From NCBI GenBank assembly GCA_964626665.1, contig CAZVGK010000032.1, positions 1 to 37,630 on the forward strand: DNA of 37,630 nt, written 5' to 3'. The stretch is from an uncultured Gemmatimonadota bacterium. Its GTDB lineage: Bacteria > SM23-81 > DAOVCL01. The notes beneath the pieces are model-generated. The model made no database searches and had not been told where the DNA came from. It was given only the letters and a program-made list of their open reading frames with translations. Below, piece by piece: positions 1 to 8,497 of this stretch (within the stretch, counting starts at the first letter, position 1; the number at the start of each line of letters is the position of its first letter). The position numbers and the translations under genes were made by a program.

Positions 1-65
1 GGGTAACTACTTGATATACCATAATCTTTCAATTTTTTTTCCGGAACTGGGGTTATAACCAACCT

Positions 66-245
66 TGGGGTGAAGGGAAACTTTATCAATTTGAGAATGT
101 TCCTGCTTTAGTTTGCTCTCAATGTGGGGCAATTTATTTGGAGAGCAAAGTATCACAGACGATTGATAGGATAATCCAAAGCCAACAAAAACCGATAAGA
201 TATAAGCGAGTACCCATTTACTCCTTGGAAAGAATCTTGGCATAA
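66..245 (+). pseudogene. 5'-truncated YgiT-type zinc-finger protein (MqsA-like antitoxin) remnant
   Basis: Manual translation of frame 3: WGEGKLYQFENVPALVCSQCGAIYLESKVSQTIDRIIQSQQKPIRYKRVPIYSLERILA*. ENVPAxVCxQCG is typical of YgiT-type fingers. No start codon or first CxxC before the in-frame TGA at 12-14. Confidence 0.7.
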
Positions 246-293
246 ATGGAGATACTGCGAGGAGCACTAATGCTTCGAGCGACCAATAACTGA

Positions 294-357
294 GCCGTTA
301 GGTGTCCTCACCTGACGGCAAGGGATGAGGGTGGCAGAATCGTGGTTCTGCCACCTC
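294..357. repeat. Two-hairpin REP-like element (family A), copy 1
   Basis: GCCGTTAGGTG-tcct-CACCTGACGGC plus GTGGCAGAA..TTCTGCCAC. Its reverse complement aligns with 21763-21825; the second hairpin recurs at 36180-36211. Confidence 0.75.
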
Positions 358-460
358 AGTTTTGAATATCAGGGATCAGAGGTTGGCGGTCAGTTGTCGG
401 GTACCAGTTGTAAAGATTTTTGCCGACTCCTGGAAACTGTTAGAGGAGTTCTTGGTGGGG

Positions 461-493
461 ATTCGTGTCATTCGGATATTCGTGAGATTCGTG
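461..493. repeat. Degenerate 8-9-mer tandem repeat (ATTCGTG-type)
   Basis: attcgtgtc attcggat attcgtgag attcgtg. Confidence 0.6.
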
Positions 494-571
494 TCCATCC
501 CCTGGAGGGAGAGGGGGAGATGGAGTCACCCTCTTCTTAGTCCTCCCCCATCAAGGGGGAGGAGATGTTAA

Positions 572-646
572 GGGGTCTGATCGCTCAAAAACCGCTGAGG
601 CCTTTGACCTCGGCGGTTTTGCAAAGTTATCCGGGGCCTCCTGTTT
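572..646 (+). repeat. ~75-bp direct repeat, copy 1, containing a hairpin (terminator/REP-like)
   Basis: ctgatcgctcaaaaaccgctgaggcctttgacctcggcggttttgcaaagtt...cctcctgttt aligns with 1617-1695. Confidence 0.8.
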
Positions 647-652
647 TCCCCC

Positions 653-681
653 TTGACAGGCGGAGCTAATTGTGGTTATTT
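653..681 (+). promoter_or_regulatory. Putative sigma70 promoter of the TA module
   Basis: TTGACA, 17 bp, TTATTT with upstream TG; the -10 is weak. Confidence 0.45.
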
Positions 682-732
682 GAAAGAGGAAAAAGTTAAA
701 GGCTGATTTTACCATATCTATGGAGGGATGTT

Positions 733-993
733 ATGCAAACTAAAAGGTTGGGGGTTTTATTTAAGCAATCGGAATTTGAATTACTCAAGGAGAAAGCGAA
801 GGAGGAAAGAAAATCCATAGCTGAACTTATCCGCACTGCGGTAGAAGAAAAATATCTTCTTTCCACCAAAAGGGAGAAAATGAATGCTTTAAATCGCCTA
901 TTTTCACCGGATAGGGAGGTTTCCTTTCCCCCTTGGGAGGAATTAAAGAGTGGACTCATCGAGGAGGTTAACAGAGAAGTTGAAACTCATTGA
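733..993 (+). CDS. Ribbon-helix-helix (CopG/VapB-like) antitoxin
   Basis: N-terminal KRLGVLF..LKEKAKEERKSIAELIRTAVEE RHH pattern; GGAGG RBS; overlaps the start of a PIN toxin. Confidence 0.75.
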   Translation: MQTKRLGVLFKQSEFELLKEKAKEERKSIAELIRTAVEEKYLLSTKREKMNALNRLFSPDREVSFPPWEELKSGLIEEVNREVETH

Positions 994-1395
994 CACGAAT
1001 GTCATCATATATTCCATTGGAAAACAACACCCCTTAAGGGGAAAATGTAAGAAGTGATGGAAAAAGCGGCGAAGTCAGTGATTGCTGTCAATATTGATGT
1101 CGAGGTTCTCCAGGAATTGCTTTATGTCTATAGTTCAAGGGGTAAGAGGGAAAGAGAATTACTTACCGTCGGTGACATATTAGTTCTTTTCCCTAACCCA
1201 GTCTCCATAACCAAAGAAGAGATTCGTAGGGCAAAAGAGTTAATGGCCAATTATGATTTCTTAGCCCCGAGAGATGCCATACATGCCGCGGCAGTCTTAA
1301 CCAATGGGTTTGAGGGTCTCATTAGCACAGATAAGGTGTTCGATGAAATCCGTGAAATCAAGAGGTTTGAGCCAGAGGTAAACTCCTTTGAGTAA
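980..1395 (+). pseudogene. vapC: VapC-type PIN-domain toxin, frameshifted
   Basis: TTG980 gives MKLIDTNVIIYSIGKQHPLRGKCKK* (PIN IDTN motif) and stops at 1055-1057. The rest (VEVLQELL..RDAIHAA..LISTDKVFD) is in another frame (ORF 1054-1395), consistent with a 1-nt deletion near 1051-1054. Confidence 0.8.
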
Positions 1396-1444
1396 TTTGC
1401 CAGATAGGCTATTCCCCCACCGGGGAAATCGCAATAGAAAAGGG

Positions 1445-1522
1445 ATGGCTTCGGGCATCTATTTCTACAGAATTCAGGCGGGAGATTTCAGCCAGACCAA
1501 GAAGATGATCATGCTCAAGTAG
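1445..1522 (+). pseudogene. Orphan C-terminal fragment of a T9SS type-A CTD / FlgD-like sorting domain
   Basis: Translates to MASGIYFYRIQAGDFSQTKKMIMLK*, the typical end of secretion-system C-terminal sorting domains; the body of the gene is absent. Confidence 0.7.
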
Positions 1523-1616
1523 AGACGAAAGAAGAAAGGCGAATCGTTGCTCGTGAGCGAGCTCTGTCAGGGCAAGAGTCCTGACAGCACAGATGAAAGA
1601 AATTGCGGCCAGATCA

Positions 1617-1695
1617 GGGGATCTGACCGCTCAAAAACCGCCGGGGCCAAACGCCTCGGCGGTTTTTTGTAAAGTTGCCAGAGTGCCTCCTATTT
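1617..1695 (+). repeat. ~75-bp direct repeat, copy 2
   Basis: ctgaccgctcaaaaaccgccggggccaaacgcctcggcggttttttgtaaagtt...cctcctattt; preceded by further hairpins at ~1564-1587 and ~1605-1630. Confidence 0.8.
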
Positions 1696-1795
1696 AAGCC
1701 AAGGATCGCCAGGGCTGGAAGGGCCTAATTTCGAGAATTGGTTAAGAATGGAAATTGGAATTCGTGTTCTGGATTTTGAGTCACCCAATTACCCC

Positions 1796-1824
1796 TTGAC
1801 AGGGGAGGTAGGATTTGGTAATGT
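1796..1824 (+). promoter_or_regulatory. Putative sigma70 promoter upstream of nadE
   Basis: TTGACA, 17 bp, TAATGT with extended -10 TG. Confidence 0.55.
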
Positions 1825-1867
1825 TAAGGTGAGCTATTCCCTGATCGCAATAATTCATCGCTAATAA

Positions 1868-2107
1868 CCACGGACTAACACAGAAAAAGATTTGAAATGG
1901 GGTAACAGTTCACAGGGATCAGGGGGAGTAGATGAGTTTCAAGAATTATCGAGATTCCTGTGCCGTCAGGGTTCCTGCTCTGATAGAAGAACCCTCTTGT
2001 GGATGATAACATCCACAAAGAGCGAGGATGCAGAGAAATTTGAGATGTTATCCCGCCCAGGCGGGATTGACAAAAGACATCTGTGTAATTCCGTGAAATT
2101 CCGTGGT
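1868..2107. repeat. Segment bounded by inverted degenerate 9-mer repeats
   Basis: Left ccacggactaacacaga; right tctgtgtaattccgtgaaattccgtgg. Confidence 0.5.
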
Positions 2108-2188
2108 AAACTGTTACCCCTGATCTTGCTCTGAGGCAAGAATTAGACCTTTCACCGTTTTGGATAACCTTTTAGCCGAAGAGATTAG

Positions 2189-3130
2189 ATGGACCCCAAT
2201 TCCCAGAGGGAAAGCTTAAGGTCCCAGCTAAGGATCGAGCCGGGGAATATGGTCTCTTCCTTAGAGAACTTCATCAGGGGGTATATGGAGAAATTGGAGA
2301 GGGATGGGGTGATCTTGGGGTTGAGCGGTGGGGTGGACTCAGCCGTTGTCTTGGCCTTGTGTAAAAGGGCGGTGGGGGCCCAAAGGGTTTTAGCCCTGAT
2401 TATGCCGGAGAAGGAATCCCAGGTGGAGAACCGCAAAGATGCCCTTAATCTGGCCGAGTATCTGGGAATAAAAACGAGGTTGATCGATATCACCCCCTAT
2501 CTGAGGAAGTTTGACGCCTATAGGCTCTTTCCCATTGGTAAGCTCCCTCTTCCGATTAAACTAAAGGGGGCGATGATAAAAAAAGCCTATCGTTCTTATG
2601 CAAGGTTAACTGGTGAGAGCCCCTTTTCGGCAGGAATTCAGGGGTTAAAAGGGAAGAAATTTGGGCCTTCCCTCCAAAAGGCCAATGCTTATTATCGCAT
2701 AAAGCACAGGCTAAGGATGGTGTTGCTCTACCTCTGGGGGGAGATGGAAAACAGGCTGGTGGTGGGAGGGGCGAACAAGACCGAGTATATGATCGGGTTC
2801 TTCGTCAAGCATGGATGTGATGATGCGGCAGATGTGATGCCCCTCTTGAACCTATACAAGACCCAGGTGCTCCAACTGGCCCGATATTTGAAGGTTCCCT
2901 CCTCCATTTTAAACAAGCCCCCTTCCCCGGACCTGGTGCCGGGGATCATCGATGAGGAGACGATTGGTATCCCCTATGAAAGGCTGGATATGATCCTTCT
3001 TGCCCTGGAGAGGGGGTGGGAGAGCCCGCGCATAGGCCAGGTTTTGGAGACAGGGGAGAGCGAAATAGAGTATGTGAGGGATCTGGTGCGTAGATCTGAA
3101 CATATGCGTGTGGTGTATCATCCAAATTAA
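2189..3130 (+). CDS. nadE: NH3-dependent NAD+ synthetase
   Basis: GVILGLSGGVDSAV, RLRM, NKTE, LYKTQV and PSPDL motifs; no glutaminase domain. Confidence 0.92.
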   Translation: MDPNSQRESLRSQLRIEPGNMVSSLENFIRGYMEKLERDGVILGLSGGVDSAVVLALCKRAVGAQRVLALIMPEKESQVENRKDALNLAEYLGIKTRLIDITPYLRKFDAYRLFPIGKLPLPIKLKGAMIKKAYRSYARLTGESPFSAGIQGLKGKKFGPSLQKANAYYRIKHRLRMVLLYLWGEMENRLVVGGANKTEYMIGFFVKHGCDDAADVMPLLNLYKTQVLQLARYLKVPSSILNKPPSPDLVPGIIDEETIGIPYERLDMILLALERGWESPRIGQVLETGESEIEYVRDLVRRSEHMRVVYHPN

Positions 3131-3481
3131 GTGGAACGGTTAGGGACTTAACTCTGGAGCACCTCAATAAACCACAAGATGCCAACCGAAGTGCTTTAAT
3201 GAAAACCAATAATTCCTTTTATCCAAATTCGCATATGAGCCCTTCTTGAAGAAAAAACAGGAAAGGGATGGATGAGCCCACGGATCTTTCCACCCCTTTC
3301 TCCTGGTTTGCCTCTGGATGTTCCCTTGCCAAACCTCTCTGATAAAAGCAGCTTGTCAACCTTACTCGGAGGTCATTACCTCAGAACAATTCAATCAAAA
3401 ATATAAAGGGCATTTGATAGGGTTCAAAGATCAAGACCCACTGGGTTGTTTCCTAATTTGACTGGAGGGGATAAATTCCCC

Positions 3482-3510
3482 TTGCTTGAAGGAATGTGAG
3501 ATTATATATT
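3482..3510 (+). promoter_or_regulatory. Putative sigma70 promoter of the thiC operon
   Basis: TTGCTT, 17 bp, TATATT. Confidence 0.5.
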
Positions 3511-3585
3511 GACCTTGACGATAGGGGAAACCTTAACTATGGCTGATTTTAGAATGTCTTCATAGATGGAGGGAGAGGAAAAGGT

Positions 3586-4869
3586 ATGACCCGGATGAGC
3601 TTGGCCCGCAATGGGGAAATAACCGATGAGATGAAGGCTGTGGCTGAATACGAGGGCTGCGCCTCAAAGGAGGTAAGAGATAGGGTGGCAGAGGGAACCA
3701 TAGTTATTCCCAAAAACACCAAGCATAAACTCCATCGTCCCATAGGAATCGGCAAGGGACTGAAAACAAAGGTCAATGCCAACATAGGGACCTCCACAGA
3801 TTACATAAACTTAGAGGAGGAGTTAGAGAAGGCCAGGATAAGCTGGGAGGCAGGAGCGGATACGATTATGGACCTGAGCACTGGTGGGGATCTGGATAAG
3901 CCAAGGAGGCAGATCTTAAAGGAATCCCCCATCCCCTTGGGTACCGTTCCCATCTATCAGGCGGCAATCGAGACGATTACTCAAAAGGGTGCCCTGATCC
4001 GCATGGAGAGGGATAAGATATTCGAGATCATAGAGAGACAGGCCCAGGATGGGGTGGACTTTGTCACCGTGCATTGTGGGGTTACCAGAGCAGCCTTTGA
4101 GAGGCTACGACTCCAGGGGAGGGTAATGGACATAGTGAGCCGGGGAGGGGCCTTTTTGATAACCTGGATGCTCGCCAACAAGCAGGAAAACCCCCTCTAT
4201 GAGGACTTCGACCGGCTCTTAGAGATAGCCCAAAGGTATGATCTCACCTTAAGCTTGGGAGATGGTTTCAGGCCTGGAGCAATTGTGGATGCCACCGATA
4301 GGGCTCAGCTCGAGGAGCTCATCATCTTAGGAGAGCTCACCAAGAGGGCCTGGGAGAAAGGGGTGCAGGTGATGATCGAAGGGCCTGGCCATGTCCCCCT
4401 GGACCAGGTGGAGGCAAATGTGCTTCTGGAGAAGAAGCTCTGTTATGGTGCCCCCTTCTATGTTTTGGGGCCCCTGGTTACGGATATCGCCCCGGGTTAT
4501 GATCACATCGGATGTGCCATTGGAGGGGCCATCGCTGCCGGGGCTGGCGCGGATTTCCTCTGTTATGTCACTCCGGCAGAGCACCTGAAACTCCCCGGGG
4601 TGGAGGAGGTCAGGGAAGGGGTAATGGCCGCCAGAGTTGCCGCCCATGCCGGCGATCTGGTCAAGGGAGTGAAAGGGGCCTGGGCCTGGGACCAGAAGAT
4701 GTCTGAAGCCAGAAAGAAGTTGGACTGGGAGAAACAGATAAGGCTCTCCCTCGACCCCGAACTTGCCCGGCGGGTGAGGGAAGAGAGCCAGCCCAAGCTC
4801 TCTGATGTCTGCACAATGTGTGGAGAATACTGTGCGGTGAAATTGGTGGAAAAGGCCTTGAGGGGCTGA
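3586..4869 (+). CDS. thiC: Phosphomethylpyrimidine synthase ThiC (short form)
   Basis: [46 protein letters not shown] and C-terminal CTMCGEYC Fe-S motif. Confidence 0.9.
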   Translation: MTRMSLARNGEITDEMKAVAEYEGCASKEVRDRVAEGTIVIPKNTKHKLHRPIGIGKGLKTKVNANIGTSTDYINLEEELEKARISWEAGADTIMDLSTGGDLDKPRRQILKESPIPLGTVPIYQAAIETITQKGALIRMERDKIFEIIERQAQDGVDFVTVHCGVTRAAFERLRLQGRVMDIVSRGGAFLITWMLANKQENPLYEDFDRLLEIAQRYDLTLSLGDGFRPGAIVDATDRAQLEELIILGELTKRAWEKGVQVMIEGPGHVPLDQVEANVLLEKKLCYGAPFYVLGPLVTDIAPGYDHIGCAIGGAIAAGAGADFLCYVTPAEHLKLPGVEEVREGVMAARVAAHAGDLVKGVKGAWAWDQKMSEARKKLDWEKQIRLSLDPELARRVREESQPKLSDVCTMCGEYCAVKLVEKALRG

Positions 4870-4881
4870 TAGGGAGGTAAT

Positions 4882-5232
4882 ATGTTCAGGTTTATGTGTA
4901 AGTCAAAGATCCACCGGGCCAAGATTACCAAGTTACTCCTCCATTACCAGGGGAGCATAGGCCTGGATGAGGAGCTCATAGAAAGGGCAGATATTCTCCC
5001 TGGGGAGTTAGTGCAGGTTCTCAACCTGAACAATGGGAAGAGGTTTGAGACCTATACCATAGCCGAGGAGAGGGGCTCAGGGGCAGTTGTCCTCTATGGC
5101 CCGGCAGCCAGGTTAGGGGAGGTAGGGGACTTGATAATGGTTGTCTCCTATGTTCTTGCCGAGAGGAAGGAAAAGGTGGAACCGATCCTGATCACCCTCG
5201 ACGCCCACAACCACCCACAAAAGGGAAATTAG
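4882..5232 (+). CDS. panD: Aspartate 1-decarboxylase
   Basis: KSKIHRA, YQG|SI self-cleavage site, NNGKRFETY, GPAAR. Confidence 0.95.
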   Translation: MFRFMCKSKIHRAKITKLLLHYQGSIGLDEELIERADILPGELVQVLNLNNGKRFETYTIAEERGSGAVVLYGPAARLGEVGDLIMVVSYVLAERKEKVEPILITLDAHNHPQKGN

Positions 5233-6102
5233 TTGCCCATTCCCTCTTGGTTAAGAAGGAGGGGGCCTAAAAGGGAGGACCTCCTCCAGATGGAGTCCCT
5301 TTTGCATTCCCTGCAACTGCATACCGTCTGTCAGGAGGCCCGCTGCCCAAACTTAGGTGACTGCTTCCTTCGGGGGACAGCCACCTTCCTCATCTTAGGT
5401 GACACCTGTACCAGAAATTGCCGCTTCTGTGCCATTAAAAAGGGGAAACCTCTCCCTCTTGATGAGAACGAACCTCAAAGGGTGGCCCAAGCCGCCAAGA
5501 GGCTGGGGCTGAGCCATGTGGTGGTCACCTCAGTAACCAGGGATGACCTCCCCGATGGAGGGGCTTCTCCTTTTGCCTCCACCATCCACAAGATAAAGGA
5601 GCTCAACCCTGGGGCCACAGTGGAGGTCTTAGTGCCGGACTTTGGGGGCAAACCAAGCTTCTTGGAGAAGGTCTTAGAGGCAAAACCCGATGTCTTTAAC
5701 CATAATGTGGAGACCATCCCGCGCCTCTATCCCCTGGTGAGACCGGGGGCAGGCTATTATCGCTCCCTGCGGCTCCTCAAGCTGGCCAAGGAGGCAGGGG
5801 CCCTGACCAAATCGGGCATAATGCTGGGCTTAGGGGAGAGAAGAGAGGAGGTTAATTTGGTGATGGAGGATTTGAGGGAAGTCGGGGTAGATATTTTAAC
5901 CTTGGGCCAGTATCTCAGACCCTCTCGTCGGCAGCTTGAGGTGAAGGAATATATCCCCCCTCCAGATTTTGTGGCCTATAAAGAAGAAGCTCTGGGGTTT
6001 GGTTTCCATTTTGTCTCCGCGGGGCCATTTGTGCGCAGTTCCTACCGGGCCAAGGAGGCCCTAAATTTCATCAGAAAGGAGGAAGCCGTTGATAACCCTT
6101 AA
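5233..6102 (+). CDS. lipA: Lipoyl synthase
   Basis: [12 protein letters not shown] and CTRNCRFC cluster motifs; [17 protein letters not shown]. Confidence 0.95.
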   Translation: MPIPSWLRRRGPKREDLLQMESLLHSLQLHTVCQEARCPNLGDCFLRGTATFLILGDTCTRNCRFCAIKKGKPLPLDENEPQRVAQAAKRLGLSHVVVTSVTRDDLPDGGASPFASTIHKIKELNPGATVEVLVPDFGGKPSFLEKVLEAKPDVFNHNVETIPRLYPLVRPGAGYYRSLRLLKLAKEAGALTKSGIMLGLGERREEVNLVMEDLREVGVDILTLGQYLRPSRRQLEVKEYIPPPDFVAYKEEALGFGFHFVSAGPFVRSSYRAKEALNFIRKEEAVDNP

Positions 6103-6835
6103 ATCCCCTCGGGAGATTGAGATTATGAGGGAGAGCAATCGGATAGTGGCTCAGATATTGACTTCCCTGAAGGATGCCATTAGGCCAGGGATAACCACCA
6201 AAGAGCTGGATAGGATGGCAGAGGAGTTGACCAAGGAGAAGGGGGCAGTTCCTGCCTTTAAGGGCTACAGCGGCTATCCAGCAACCCTCTGTGTCTCGGT
6301 AAATGAGGAGATCGTCCACGGTATTCCAGGCCCAAGACGGCTCAGGGAGGGTGATCTGGCCAGCTTGGATATGGGGGTGAAATACAGGGGATACTACGGC
6401 GATGCGGCCATTACCGTCCCTGTAGGGAGAGTAAATCAAAAGGCCAAGAGGCTCTTGGAGGTGACCAAAGAAGCCTTGGATAGGGCAATAGCTGTGGCTA
6501 CTCCCGGCAATAGGCTCTCCGATATATCCTCTGCCATCCAGAGCTATGCCGAGGGAGAGGGCTTCTCGGTAGTGCGGGAATTCGTGGGCCACGGCATCGG
6601 CAAGAGGCTCCACGAGGGCCCCCAGATCCCTAACTACGGTCCCCCCCACCGAGGACCTTTCCTTAAAGTCGGTATGGTTTTGGCCTTGGAGCCAATGGTA
6701 AATATGGGCACCTGGAAGGCAGAACTCCTCCCCGACGGGTGGACCGCGGTAACCGCCGATAGCAGCCTCTCCGCCCACTTTGAAAACACCATCGCCATCA
6801 CCACCAACGGCCCCCTTATTCTCAGCCAACCATAG
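6089..6835 (+). CDS. map: Type I methionine aminopeptidase
   Basis: [36 protein letters not shown]. Confidence 0.95.
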   Translation: MITLKSPREIEIMRESNRIVAQILTSLKDAIRPGITTKELDRMAEELTKEKGAVPAFKGYSGYPATLCVSVNEEIVHGIPGPRRLREGDLASLDMGVKYRGYYGDAAITVPVGRVNQKAKRLLEVTKEALDRAIAVATPGNRLSDISSAIQSYAEGEGFSVVREFVGHGIGKRLHEGPQIPNYGPPHRGPFLKVGMVLALEPMVNMGTWKAELLPDGWTAVTADSSLSAHFENTIAITTNGPLILSQP

Positions 6836-6842
6836 GGAATTT

Positions 6843-6914
6843 AACGTTTCGGAATTTCTAAGAAATTCCGAAACGTTGGGGGATGATTGAAGGGGGTAAG
6901 CCCCCTTCAATCAT
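6843..6914. repeat. Two adjacent perfect palindromes (REP-like / possible terminator)
   Basis: 17-bp arms AACGTTTCGGAATTTCT-A-AGAAATTCCGAAACGTT; 14-bp arms ATGATTGAAGGGGG-TAAG-CCCCCTTCAATCAT. Confidence 0.85.
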
Positions 6915-7009
6915 GACAGCAGAGCAATCCGAGCTGGCACAGGATTGCGGAGCGCCACAGGGTCGGGAGACCCTCTGGAGAAGTTAGCGACCGCAAAGGA
7001 GCTAAGTTC

Positions 7010-7546
7010 GTGGGGATAACCAAAAAACCTCAGTTAGTTAAGCTCATCGTTGGCCTCATCTCCTCTCATCTCAACCTCTTCTCCACTGTGCAGGGGGAGC
7101 TTGTGGGTCTATTTGGCCCCGTCGATCTAGAAAGCTCCCTTATCCCCTTCTCATTCACCAATTACTATAGCTCAGAACTGGGTCCCAATTTGCAGAGGAA
7201 ATTCCTCTCCTTTGCCCGTCTCATCGAACCGCAGAGGCTGGCCGAGATCAAATCCCTCACCAACGAGATGGAGGTAAGATTTCAGCGCCAGAATAACAAG
7301 AGAGGGATGAACATCGACCCCGGTTATTTAGAGACGGGCAAGCTAATCCTGGCCACCACCAAGAACCAGCAGCACCGCATCTACTTAGGGAAGGGGATAT
7401 ACGCTGAGGTGACCCTCAGGTTCAGAAGGGAGAAGTTTGAACCCTGGGAGTGGACCTATCCGGACTACAGATCTAAAATTTACATCGATTTCTTCACCAA
7501 GGCAAGGGAGACCCACCTAAAACAGTTATCCAGGGAAATGGGGTAA
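7010..7546 (+). CDS. DUF4416 family protein
   Basis: FTNYY..ELG..L.RKF, NIDPGY, LATTKN..HRIYLGKGIYAEVTL, WTYPDYR; AAGGAG RBS. Confidence 0.8.
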   Translation: MGITKKPQLVKLIVGLISSHLNLFSTVQGELVGLFGPVDLESSLIPFSFTNYYSSELGPNLQRKFLSFARLIEPQRLAEIKSLTNEMEVRFQRQNNKRGMNIDPGYLETGKLILATTKNQQHRIYLGKGIYAEVTLRFRREKFEPWEWTYPDYRSKIYIDFFTKARETHLKQLSREMG

Positions 7547-8101
7547 TAACCCGGCAATGCATCTCTTCATCCTCGATCCTCACTATACTCTCCCAAATCC
7601 CCTGGACAGGGGAAAAGATTGACCTACGGAGGGGTTGGGTAGGAAATGTTTGCCTCTCCTGAATATCTTTCGCTGAGCAATATATGACCATTCTGAGCAC
7701 CATTGGGGAAGAATTCCACCATCCCGACCAGGTGCTAAGTCCAAGGTTAACCTAATCAATCAACAACATCTATAGGAGGATGGAACTCTCTCTCCCTTCT
7801 TTCTCCCAAGACTTCCATTAGCTGGCATAATATCTGCATACCTACATATTGCTTATCTAAGGGATTCCCCCTATACCTTAACTTTGGTAGGCTAAAATAA
7901 CCTCCGCCGCAAACATTTGCACGGTGGATAAACCCCTTTATCATCTCCAGGTGGATATTAAGCCCTCGCGCCATAGAATAGCGAGGGGAACAAACCCATC
8001 CTAATGGAGGGGCAGCGAAGATGGGTTTAAGGGTTGCCTTTACCCCCGAATTGGGTAATAGCTGGGGTTTAAATTTTTTGGAAAAAAATTTCATTTTAGG
8101 G

Positions 8102-8130
8102 TTGACAAGAATTTTGTGATATGATATTAT
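8102..8130 (+). promoter_or_regulatory. Near-consensus sigma70 promoter of the TBDR operon
   Basis: TTGACA, 17 bp, TATTAT with extended TG; A/T-tract UP-like region upstream. Confidence 0.75.
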
Positions 8131-8497
8131 CGTTTCCTTAAATAGATCGACGCTAACATTTTCCTATTAAATTAAACTTAATAAGGAGGTGAGGATAAAG
8201 GAGAAAGTGAAATTTTTAATGAGATCTTTGTTTGGGTGAAACCACTAATAAACGCGGACTCCCCAGGGAATTTCCGAAGATCTAAAGGGAGCACCTGCCA
8301 CTGATCACCACTTACTAACCCAAAAAGGATTTAAAACGGTCAAGCCGTTGGACAAAGAGATGATTGATCCTGGATGCCTGGTGGGCCCCGTGTTAACCTG
8401 TGGCTGAAGCAGGAGGGAAGGGGGGGATTTAATCCGTAACCCTTTGTGAGTTAAGGCTTACAAAGATGGCATTAAATATAAAAAGGAGGTAAAATTG

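Noticed and set aside
7-571. ORF-track calls 7-267(-), 325-540(+) and 362-571(+)
   Set aside because: Antisense to the YgiT remnant or running through repeat mosaics; no protein-like features.
1039-1050. Slippery G_GGA_AAA heptamer as a programmed -1 frameshift restoring vapC
   Set aside because: The -1 frame reads GGG AAA ATG TAA and stops at 1048-1050, before the downstream ORF.
572-1695. Integron attC sites or a CRISPR array
   Set aside because: No RYYYAAC/GTTRRRY boxes, integrase, regular repeat-spacer period or cas genes.
3131-3585. TPP riboswitch upstream of thiC
   Set aside because: No CTGAGA or paired aptamer core motifs found, and the predicted leader is short.
7494-8094. Minus-strand ORFs 7494-7703 and 7756-8094
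   Set aside because: No RBS or recognisable motifs; one starts within the TBDR promoter's upstream region.
8260-8430. Cobalamin riboswitch in the TBDR leader (GCCACTG and GGGAAG present)
   Set aside because: Order and spacing do not fit, and the other core elements are not evident; needs an Rfam scan.
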